Origin: Tubulanus polymorphus
Taxonomy: Eukaryota; Animalia; Nemertea
NCBI RefSeq assembly: GCF_964204645.1
Contig: NC_134025.1
Coordinates: 806,001-870,000 of the forward strand
Direction of reading: 5' to 3'
DNA length: 64,000 nt
In this document: one piece after another, positions 49,401 to 60,415 of the stretch
Numbering within the stretch: the first letter of the stretch is position 1
How the letters are laid out: each line of letters opens with the position of its first letter
Notes under the pieces: model-generated
The model's input: the letters and a program-made list of their open reading frames with translations, nothing else
Database searches by the model: none
What the model was told of the DNA's origin: nothing
Program-made: the position numbers and the translations under genes

Positions 49401-52400
49401 ATGCAAATTCTACTATTTGAATATCTATATACTTATCAAATTCAATATTTTAGATCCAAAAGCTGTAACCTTGACAACGACAGTGACGTCTATAGTTTCC
49501 GATACAGCGACATCTATACCTTTAAATCTAGTGATCGATAACGATGCTGTAAGTGGTAATGATATAGTAGCATCGACCGCCGCTCATTTCGCATTGGAAG
49601 CGTTCTTCTCGACGGATAACAGCGGGTCCAACTTACTGGGTACTACACCTTACCCTGTGACAGTACCGGCACAAAACAGCAATACTGATGCGTTATTAGC
49701 TACAAACAGTACATCTATAACAGGCTCGGTAACAATGACTTTACCTTCCTCAAAGTGTAACCCGTTACACTATATCTGTATCCGACTACTACAAGGAGCT
49801 GACACTCAATATAAAGACGCTGATTTGACGAATAATGTCACGTGTTTTTCTATCGATTCATTCAAAGGATGTAAACCAGGTAAAATAGTAATAAAACTAA
49901 TGAAAGATATGAATTCGCAACACCTGACTGATCACCACGGCTAAATTATCAACTCTCTGACCAGACGACTCTACCACCACGACTGGTCTGTGGTCTAGTG
50001 CTTAGCACGCTTGGCCAGCACCCTCGAGGATGAAGGTTCAAGTCCTGCTAGGGTTATGGTTATTTAGGCCATTTTTATTGTAGTAGTAATTCACCTCCTT
50101 GGTTTAGGGTTACCTACAGCAGATGATGGTTGATCTAATAATTAATTGCCCCTAAGATACCTTTTTCGTCGTTTCTTCGTCGTTCCATCAGGTTTCTTTC
50201 TAATCGTCAGTTTCATAGTAAGACTAATGTAATTACAGATCCAGTATTGACTGCTTTTTCAATCTCTCCAACACCTCCAACCACCACCTACGTGTCAGAT
50301 GTAAACAGCAATTCTGATATTAGCGTTACTATCGGTAACGCGGCAACAGGGGGCGCTGCTTCAAATATCGTCAGCGATTCCGTTAAAATCAACTTCGTAA
50401 TAGACGTACGTAGATGTCATGTATCAAAACATTTTAAACTAATTCATAATTGCTTTATTGATTTTCAGTTTTTCGCTTATTTCAGGTGATCTTATCCGAT
50501 ACCGATTTTAATGTAACCGCAGCAACCGTATCACAAACATGTACAACATCTCTAACGTCTTTAACTGATGCATTAAACGCCGGAGCTACTGTTACAAAAA
50601 CCGGTACAACTTCTATTAATATACCCAGTTCTAAATGCAAACAGATACAGGTAAAATAGCGGTCCACATTTCATAATGTTTTGTACGATGATGTAAGGTT
50701 GTCTGAATTTTCTGACGCGTTTGAATATTTTGTTATATATATATATTCAGTTCGCCTGCGCTCATGTTAAAGCAGGTTCAACGGCTTCTTACACCGATGA
50801 AAACCCGAATAATAACTACTATTGTGTGGATATTGTAGCGAAAAAATCATGTGAACCAGGTAATTTATAGCTCCAATAATGAATCCAGCCGCTCGTCGCT
50901 TACTTCCCCGATGTTGTGTGGTCCGGTTTCTCACCACGACATTCGTCTGGTAGCCACGACAACCGTCCGGTAGCCACGACATCCGCCTGGTAGCCACGAC
51001 ATCCGTCCGGTAGCCACGACATCCGCCTGGTAGCCACGACATCCGTTCCGTGATCCAGCATAATCATCGGGAAGGCTTTCGTTGCACATAAACATGTTCA
51101 GAAGATAATTGATTGAATAGACATAAGAATTAAAACAAATGAATAATATTTGAAAAACGAAGGGTTTAAATAAAACCAATATGTATTTGATACTTTTACA
51201 GATTTGGAAGTAACTTCAGTAACTCCATCACTTCCCACTACCAAAATAAACGATCAAAATGCTAAAGAATTATCACTTTCAATCGGGATCACTAACGCTG
51301 CAGCCGTATCCGCTACTGACGGCAACAATATTCTCATTGCCATAGCACCAGCGTTCAATTATGACGTCATAGCTTTCTTTTCGAATAACGCGGATCCTAC
51401 GTAAGTTTATACCGCCGGAAATATACTAGGTCATCTGCATCAATCATTCTTATAATTATGATCTAATGTTTATTGTTTCTAAATTGTACAGAGCGAACAC
51501 TCTGGGAGAACCGAACATTACATCGATAACTTACACAACAGTAGCGGATAGACGCGCCGGATTGACACCAGGTGGCGCTGCGACGATTAATGGCGCCAAA
51601 TTCAGTACGACAATACCCGCGGCAAAATGCGCGAGCTTCGATTACGTATGCGTATACGTCATAAGATCTACTTCCGGTCAGTGGAGAGATTCAAACTACA
51701 CGAATAACGTCAAATGTGGTGACGTCACGGCGCTTAAAGATTGCGCCCCTGGTAAATAGCATTATATCCACACGGGAAACTATTGAAATGTATTTTAGAT
51801 TCAAAGTTTTCGCTTCTTGTTTCTCGCTAAATTGTGTGTAAAATTGTAAAACGTGTATTAATTACATTAGTTACAATATTACATTGAAACCGAATAGAGA
51901 TGATTTTGGGGAAAGAAGGATCAACAACAGCAAACTGAAAATAATGTACATTATCAATGTTTAAAAATGTTCAATTTTAATCATAGTATTTTTGAACGTG
52001 CCAAAGACTCATGCATTTAAAGAACAGCCGTGTACGAATACGGGAGATGTTGTATTCAATATATCAGCTGTTGATGGTAATAACGATGTATTGACATATT
52101 CAATACAAACCGCCGGATCACCGTTTTCAACAACAGGTAAAAATATAGAATTCATTAAACATCAGGGTCCAGTTCCACAGTTGTGAGTTAAGATTTTACC
52201 CTGGGTTGAAACATTAAAAATGAACTAACTTTAACTCAGAGTTAACTCTAACTCACAACTGTGGAACTGGGTCCAGGGGCCGGATGCACATTCATAGCTT
52301 AGACCAGTCTGAGACCAAATTAGTTATCTAGCCTATCTGACAACTTAAGACCAGTCTTAATATTCAAGACCACCTTTGGACTTAGGTCACGACTGTGCAA

Positions 52401-55400
52401 AAGACCCCAGGTTCCACAGTTTGACTCAAAATCCGTCCTTTTCAATGTTTTAAGTCTGGATGGAGTCAAATACAAGAACTGTGGAACCTGGTCCACGATC
52501 CATCTCGATTAGTCACTACAGTGTCGGCTCAATCTATTCTGTTTTTAGGTTCTAAAATAATTCTGTCGTCATTGGTCGATTTTGAGACTGGTCCAAACAA
52601 TCGACCAATCACCGTTCGAGTTACGGATGGAACGACACCTATCGACGGAACCGTAACTTTCACTATTGACGACTGTAACGAGGTTCCGGTGGTAGCCAAT
52701 CAGACTGCTTCATGGGATGAAAATAAACTGGGTTTAATTCCGAGCCCGGCGATGACGGCGACTAACCCGGAATCAGTGGCCGGACAAACTGTACAGTTTA
52801 GTATCAATTCAACAAATCCAGTTACAACAGGATTAGTTACAATCGATCCAAATACAGGTAGAATCCTCCTCAAAATCCTCACATAAAATATACTCCAAAA
52901 AGACTTCAGGTTACTCTTCGTATTTCAGGGATAGTAACAGTGCTGCCACCTGGGTTAGATTATGAAACTAGTAGTGTATACACGCTGACAGTGTATGCTA
53001 CAGATAACGGTCTTCCATCGATGACTGGTATCGGATATTTCACTATAAATGTCGCTGATAAACCCGATTCTGTAGTTATACATAATTTAGACGATACTGT
53101 ATCTGTATTCGAGAATGTGACGACAGGGGGCGCACTGTTCGTTGTGAATGCTACGGATCCTGATGGTGATACGGTTTCATTTTTACTCTCAGCTTCTCCT
53201 GACGATGGTAAATTCTCGATTGATTCAGCCACAGGTTCGTATAATCCCTCTAGACCCCCGTTTCGCATCCGTCAGGTGCGGTGGATTAATCTTAACGGAT
53301 CCCTGAACGAATAACCATAGCCAACGCAACAACATCAACGAAATCATTCTTTCAAACCCGATTGATAATTCTTCATAATCTCGAATCCTTTGTTTAATGC
53401 ACATGTAATTTGCATTAGTATAGGTGAAATTGGCTATAAAGCTATTCAACAAAGTACCCCGCTTCAAAACTCGTTTTAACCAACCATTTCGAAGTGTGGG
53501 ACTCTGATAGAAATTGTTTGTTGTTCATTTGGTCTCTATGATAATAACGAATTCAGAGTTAAAGCATCTTATTCATCAGATAGATGTATTTTGTATTTGT
53601 TTATAGGTGAAATCAGTTATAAAGCGGTTCCACTGTTTAACTATGAACGGATACCTCAGTATAAACTAACAGTAATGGCTAAAGATGGCACGACGACCGG
53701 AACAGTTCGTACATTAACATTGAATATAATAGATACCCCAGAACCTCCTAGATTCATCAACCTACCCGCTACTATAACAATACCAGAAAATAGAATCAAC
53801 ATCGCTGATTACTATACAGTATGTATTTACAATCCTGTTCTATCAACATGAGAGATATACGTGTATTTTTCATACGAATTATTACTTTTTCATAAATATG
53901 GACTAATTTCGTGTTTTAGTTAAAGGCGCAAGATGATGAAGGGGACCCGATAACGTTCACCATTTCGAGCTGGTCCCCTAAAAACGGAGCGGACAAATTC
54001 AAACTTACAAGTATTGACATGAATCAGCCCTTGATTATATCCATCACCTGGGTGAACTTCGGTTATCTGAGTTAGTCGACTATTTGTCAACTAAGTGAAA
54101 CCGATTGTCAGTCAGTCGGAATTCTTATCCGAAAATAATGCATCTCAGGATTGAGCACGTTAGTTCGAACCTAATTCCAAGATGGCCGACACTATGGAAT
54201 GCGTTAAGAACGAACTATAGCGCGTTCGATTATCAGCTCCGACGAAATCCGAAGTTCACCATCAGTTTTCCGCCAAAATATCAAATCCCTGATTATGAAA
54301 ATTAAGTTAATTCTATCAATCAAAAGTTGGTTTCACTCCGCTTTCAATTGTTCCACAACGAATTGTTGCTGTATGATCTTGTTTTTTTAGATGCGGGTCA
54401 ATTGAGTTCGGTGCTGAACCCAGGCCTGAATTACGAAGCGAATCAAACGTACAAACTATCAGTGAATGCTTGTGACAATACTGGGTGCGACACTGGCAGT
54501 TTAACTATCGATCTGAAAGACGTCAATGAGTTCCCACAGTTCACTCCTGTCTCGTATAGATTCATACGAGTTGTTGAGGTATCTACAACAAACTCTTTAC
54601 ATTCATCTGTCAAACATTTATTTCATTTATTCTTGATATTTTTATACTACAAATTGTTTAAGGCAGTTAAAAACGCCAATGGCGCAGAAGCTGTCTGTTT
54701 TCCACTTTCCATACGTGGAAACTATGGCTATGACCGTCATAATGACAAAGACAAGTGTCCCCTGTGAAGTTTCTGGGTGTTTCAAGTATCATTAAATTCT
54801 AACGATTTGATAAGATAAAAAAAACCACTATACAAAGATTAAAAGAATTTAAAAACAAGAATTTATTTATTCAATCTAAATTATATAGAATACACGACGT
54901 TTATGGTCTCCTCAGATACCCCTGCTTTTAGTCTATATCTCACACATGACGATGATCTCTAGTGTGAGATCGAAACGTCGTGTATTCTATATATTTTAGA
55001 TTGAATGAATAAATTCTTGTTTTTAAATTCTTTTAATCTGTAGATAGTGGGTTTTTATCTTATTACCCGTTCACCACGTTTGAGTGTGTTTATCGTTCTC
55101 TAACGATTTGTTTATCGATTTACCGAGGCAGCGAGGATTCCACTTCTCAATATTACAGGCCATTTTATGAGAGCATTTCTTCACCTTTAGAGGGGCCTGG
55201 TACATGAGACTTTTGACCGCTCGTGAAAACCAGGTTTAAAGCGCTCTAAGCTAGCCTTATTCATCTAGCCGATCAAGCGTTATTTAAGCCCCATTATCAT
55301 CATTTTCATTGCTGTTATCATCAAAATCATTTATGATTAAGGAAACGGCTAATAAATCTTTATTGATTTAAACCGTTGAATTCTTGATTACGTAACTAAA

Positions 55401-58400
55401 AATGTGTGTATTTCTAGCCGTCCGTGAATATCAAACTGACATCAATCGATCCTGATCGATCGGATAAAGCCACGTACTCAGTCATGCCTGGTCCTTACTC
55501 CGGGTTCTTCTTCATAAATAAAACATCGAAAGAATTGTTCAGTTCGTCTTTGAATTATGAGAGCAAAACGTTACCGAATCACTTCTCAATAGGTAAATAA
55601 ATCTGTACCTCGATATACGAGATACGAGATACGATATATATATATATATACGAGATACGAGATACGACATATGAGTTTTTTTTCCATTAACAAATCAGTA
55701 TAATATGATATATTTAACATTCAGAATAGACATTGATAATGTATTGATATTAGATTAAGGACTGTACAACAGTAAACTTCATCTAGCAGTTTTTTATAAA
55801 GATATTTTTGTAAATCGCATCTTTAGAGAAACAGTAAATGTTAGTTTATAAAACCTTTTCTTATTGGTATCTAAAAAGAATAAGATTCATTTACTGTTCT
55901 TCTGAAGATGGGATTTAGATGACTTCCGAAATTATCAGGTACATAAACTTAGACAATGAGTATCATCTCGTGGTATTAATCATTGATAGATTAGTAATAT
56001 CTCCGTTAAGAAGTCGACTATTGTTTACGTATCATTTCAGATATAAAAGTCGAAGATAAAGGAAAATTATCATCAATTTTACGATGTTATTTTGAGATCG
56101 TGAATAAAAATGATGAAACGCCGAGATTCTTTCCAAACAGGATTTCGGTGACCATTAAAGAGAATGATTCTCCTGGTAAAAAACTGGCTACATTCAGAGC
56201 TTTCGATTTAGACATTGGTAAATAATAACCACTGACAAGTACGGTTGATAACTCGGGATCCAGTTCCACAGTGTCATAAGAAAATGTATTACGTTTTGCT
56301 TTTTTAGTGACACTGTGGAAATGGATCCTTCAACTCTGAAATTACTTAGTTTGCAACCATTGTTTAAGTGTAGAGTTGAATTTTATGTAAAAGCTGAATA
56401 ACTTTGCTTTATCAAGAAGTGTTACATTTTCTCACTTCTTATTCATCTATTTTTTGATAAGGAACATTTGGAACATTCGACATCAGAGTAGATCCGACCA
56501 GTTACGCATTTTCATATTTCGAAACTAAAACAATCGATACGCTTAAAAATGGTTTAAAAACCGTCGATCTCCTTCTCAAAACACCGCCAGATAAAGAGGT
56601 CTATAAAACTGGTCCACCGACTTTTAAGATACAAGGTATAGATTGCTGTATACCCGGTGTGGTTAACACAGGGGAGGCGACAGTAACAGTTACATTACAG
56701 AACGTCAATGATAATATACCAGTATTCAAACAAAGTCTTTACGATTGGGAAGTTTCATCTACGGCAGAAATAGACACAGTTATCGGACAAATAGAAGCTA
56801 CTGATGGTGACGTAGGTAAGAATCCGTTATATTTAAAATTATCTTCAACTGAATTCACACGATTCGAATCTTGTATATTCAACAAAAGATACAACGCGGC
56901 GGTTTTGGTTGTTTTCTAGCAGTTATCGCCAGGGGCTGCTTACATAGTCGACACTTAAGTCCAAAAGTGGTCTTAAACGTTAAGACTGCATTTATAAGTC
57001 GTTAGTTTGGCTATAGAACTAAGATGGTCTAATGCGAGTCTTAAGTCTAGTTCATGACCGTGGATTCAGTCCCATGATTAAGTATAAACTTAGAACAGTT
57101 AAAATTCGAATTAATCATCGAAAACCATTAAGCCTTATTTTTTCCTTTTCCTAAATTATTCGCATTATCTTTTGTTAATATATTTGCAGCATATTTTGAA
57201 GTAACGTACGAACTGTTGTATCCTAGTGGTGAATTTATTCTGGGTCCGATTAACGGAAGTGTTAGCACACTAACGACACCTATGTTAGTTTATCATGAAT
57301 ACTTACTATATGCTGTAGCTACGGATACTGACCCCAACTGGAAATTCACCTCATAGTAATGTATTTAATGTTTAATATTCTATCAGAATTCGCTTACAAA
57401 GTTTTACGTTTCTTAGAACTGTGGAACTGAGCACAGAAGTTTCTAAATGTTCAACGTCTTCAAAATGTAAAATAGAAATACGAATTTCGTCGAATTAATG
57501 ACTGTAGACTTAGAACTAATCCGAGCGTCGTATTTCATGAATTCAGCTTTACGACGATAAGAATTGATACGTTTAAAGAACAAGAAATACTGACTTCATG
57601 GCACACGAAACAGACTGAAAATTACTACAACAATCCTTCAAATCTACAGCAGTTCCTCTCAGAGGCGAGTGGACTATGTGCGCCCTGCAGAGCTAAACTA
57701 CATAACATCACTACAGACAGGTAGTCGTATAGATGACTACTCTTTCTGACAACTTTTATTGTTCTAAATAATGAGTATAATATATTATTTTTTGTATTTC
57801 AGTAACAACGACACAATTCTGAATCTATATTTCATAAAAGATTCGTCGTCTATGGACATCGGCAACATCGGCAAATCTAAAGAGTTTTTCAGAGCTGATT
57901 CTATCATCGATAAATATACTAGACCTAATACGGCTGGTATTCCACTGTCGTGGGTTTCAGATAAACCGATATTTACTAAGGACGGATTATTCAATATATC
58001 TAACACTTACAATATCACACCCGTCGAACCATATATCTGGTGGTTGGATAATATTATTGGTCACATACTAATAGGAACTTGTATGACATTATTATTAAGT
58101 TTGTTTCTGGGATTTATTATCGGGATTGGACTCTGCTGCAATCCGCGAGCAACTCCTATCAGGTGGGTCCATTACAAAATCAGTCACTATTTTCTTTTGC
58201 TCTGATGATGATATTTAGAAACTGTTATTCTTCAACTACGAGTACTTGGAACACACAAATCTGTGAACGAAAGACAATTTATTCAAAGTGTAAATTTGGA
58301 AATCAAAAGGTTTATCGACGCCACGAAGTTTCGGCTCTTACAAACAGTCATTATCTTGTTGTGGTTAACTGTTATTGTGTTTGTTTTGCTGACCTGACAT

Positions 58401-59219
58401 TCTAATTGTGGAATTTTACTAAAATCTGCAATTATGTTTATTACGAATGTCTCTTCGTTACAGGCTCGAGTTGGATTCAGCTATTTTTGACCTGCGTGAA
58501 ACTAGAGTTAGATCAACAACAGCAGCAGCAACAACAGCAGCAGCAACAGCAGCAAGATCAACAGCAACAGCAGCAGCAATATCATCAGCAACAGCAGCAA
58601 CAGCAACAGCGGCAAGATCAACAGCAACAGCAGCCAATATCAAAACTACTGCAATCATTAAAAAACAAAACAATATTGCACTGAATCACATCGCTTCATC
58701 ATCTAATACACCGTCAATATCTACACGTTCTTACAACGATTCGAACTCGGGACCTCCGACACGAGAAACAACACTTAGTAATGATGATATTATCGAGGAT
58801 GAGCCGCCGTCGACTCCGAAATCTACAACTAGAATAGCGAGAATTTACGATCAAGGTAAGCGAGGAGCAGAATGACTCAAATCAACCAAGAATAGTCCGT
58901 AGAAGGATTGAGAACAGATCATAGTTCTAAAACCGATCTAACAACTTAACACCAGTTTTGAAATTGATTTAAGACAACTTTTAGACTGAATTCACGATTG
59001 TTCATTATTGGGCCCTGATCATTACAGTTTTAGATAATAGATAAAGAATGAACGATATGAGACTAGGTCATTATGAATTATGTAAGATTTTGATGTTTTT
59101 AATGTTTTTAAGATGCTGGAAAACCGTATGATTTCAACACGGAAACAAACGAAAGGTCGTACGATTATAACTTCGATAATAAAGTGTCGCCATCAGCGAG
59201 AGATGTCAGAGACTGGTGA
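46419..59219 (+). CDS. Cadherin-related protein 2 (CDHR3-like tail): signal peptide, 5 Cys-containing non-cadherin repeats, about 8 cadherin repeats, TM, Thr/Ala-rich cytoplasmic tail
   Basis: Signal exon MAHHRLHCWLILIGLFSTLMALQQ (46419-46491); cadherin motifs VDFE, DDCNEVP, LDYE, ATDPDGD, FNYE, KDVNEFP, NKNDETP, QNVNDNIPVF; TM GHILIGTCMTLLLSLFLGFIIGIGLCC; C-terminal YDFNTETNER; colinear with cadherin gene 1. Confidence 0.88.
47223..47280 (+). ncRNA. Minimal type I hammerhead ribozyme-like motif (Penelope-like remnant)
   Basis: UUC-CUGAAGA-U-GAAGAC...GUCGUC-GAAAC-GUU-GAA: canonical core, stem II with one mismatch, short stem I. Confidence 0.55.
49981..50065 (+). mobile_element. tRNA-derived SINE head
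   Basis: A-box-like TGGTCTAGTGCTT and B-box GGTTCAAGTCC, but no proper acceptor stem. Confidence 0.55.
50933..51050. repeat. 20-bp tandem repeat (tagccacgacatccgcctgg), about 5-6 copies, intronic
   Basis: Seen directly. Confidence 0.9.
52166..52487. mobile_element. Cluster of three adjacent MITEs separated by CAG triplets
   Basis: cag|52166-52273 (palindromic GGTCCAGTTCCACAG...CTGTGGAACTGGGTC)|cag|52277-52407 (family A, reverse)|cag|52411-52487 (GTTCCACAGT...ACTGTGGAAC)|ctg. Confidence 0.75.
54051..54260. mobile_element. Probable MITE with 12-bp TIRs (GGTGAACTTCGG/CCGAAGTTCACC)
   Basis: Perfect 12-bp inverted termini about 210 bp apart in an intron; TSD unclear. Confidence 0.45.
54810..55098 (+). 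mobile_element. Penelope-like retroelement remnant: ~90-bp inverted arms, central hammerhead motif, 12-bp TSD
   Basis: 54811-54902 is an inverted copy of 54973-55061. TCTAACGATTTG flanks both sides (54798-54809 and 55099-55110). Hammerhead-like ACAC-AUGACGA-U-GAUCUC/GAGAUC-GAAAC-GUC-GUGU at 54942-54983. Confidence 0.75.
56257..56328. mobile_element. Short palindromic MITE-like hairpin (GGATCCAGTTCCACAGTGTCA...TGACACTGTGGAAATGGATCC)
   Basis: Inverted termini related to the element at 52166. Confidence 0.6.
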
Positions 59220-59546
59220 TACCTATGTATCAGAGACTGATGATACGTATGTATCAGAGACTGGTGATACGTAGCCTATGTATCAGAGACTGATGATACG
59301 TATGTATCAGAGACTGATGATACGTATGTATCAGAGACTGATGATACCTATGTATCAGAGACTGATGATACCTATGTATCAGAGACTGATGATACCTATG
59401 TATCAGAGACTGATGATAGTATGTATCAGAGACTGATGATACCCATGTATCAGAGACTGGTGATACGTAGCCTATGTATCAGAGACTGGTGATACCTATG
59501 TATCAGAGACTGATGATACGTAGCCTATGTATCAGAGACTGGTGAT
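59203..59546. repeat. 24-29-bp minisatellite (tatgtatcagagactgatgatacc) starting in the last codons of cadherin gene 2
   Basis: About 13-14 copies seen directly. Confidence 0.93.
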
Positions 59547-60073
59547 ATTGATGTACTGAACAATCCGCCATATTACATGCATTGCTTGTTTTATGTTTTC
59601 ATTGAATAAAATTGTTAGTTTTATTTCGTTACGCCTTGTTTCAGTTAGTGTAAATGGATGGTCTTTAAAATATTCGAATCTCACCCCGAAGATACACATT
59701 TTATACAAACTTTGTATCGCCGTGTTAATCCACTGTGCTGCATGAATAGCATTCAACAAGATCAGTTGAGTAACATTTCTGAGGATTTCAGTAATATTTA
59801 TTCATTTTTTGCATATATTTATTATAAGTATTTATCTAACCATAAAATTTACTTAACAGAATTAGTTAATTTATATAAAGTATACAGATATATTAAATTT
59901 GAATCTTTAAAATTATAATTCTTTGGGAAATCTGATTTCGATAAATATATATTATATATCATTAATAAAACTTTCTTTTTATCGTAAAATATGGAATAGA
60001 ATTTACAGGGATAGAAGAAAAATCAAACAACGGATGAAAGATGTAAATATGTACGGATAAATGAGAGGATATA

Positions 60074-60237
60074 CAGCGAAACCTCGTTTCAGCGAACTTC
60101 ACTGGACCACAATATATGTCCGATAGTTCGTTATATCGATTTTGAAATTAATTAAATTTTCTTACTTGGGACGAAATTCTATGTTTGTTGTATCCGATGA
60201 ATCGTTGTATCCGAGTTCGTTATAACGAGGTTACACT
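60074..60237. mobile_element. pogo/Tigger-like MITE (TA|CAGCGAAACCTCG ... CGAGGTTACACT)
   Basis: CAGTGAAACCTCG-type termini with internal GTTCGTTATA subrepeats; similar remnants at about 14547-14800 and 31490-31623. Confidence 0.6.
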
Positions 60238-60415
60238 TAACGCGCGTTTACTCAGAGTAGAGAATTGATTATAACCAACTTTATACAAATTCAAAAGTTT
60301 AAAAACGAAATCTATTCATCGGCGGTTACAAATATAGATGCTACGTTTTGAACTGTCGGTAGATATCATCGTTACGAGTGACGTATTTCTTACCATATTC
60401 CCTCCTCGCGTGAAA

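Noticed and set aside
49981-50060. Possible tRNA gene
   Set aside because: A and B boxes are present but there is no proper acceptor or anticodon stem; better explained as a SINE head.
36622-53268. Many antisense ORFs over cadherin exons
   Set aside because: Shadow frames of genuine sense exons.
58406-58684. PolyQ ORF
   Set aside because: Alternative frame of the cadherin tail exon; the splice phase supports the Thr/Ala frame.
59203-59546. CRISPR-like regular repeat
   Set aside because: Head-to-tail units with no unique spacers, no cas genes, and a eukaryotic context. The same applies to the arrays at 6348, 19903 and 50933.
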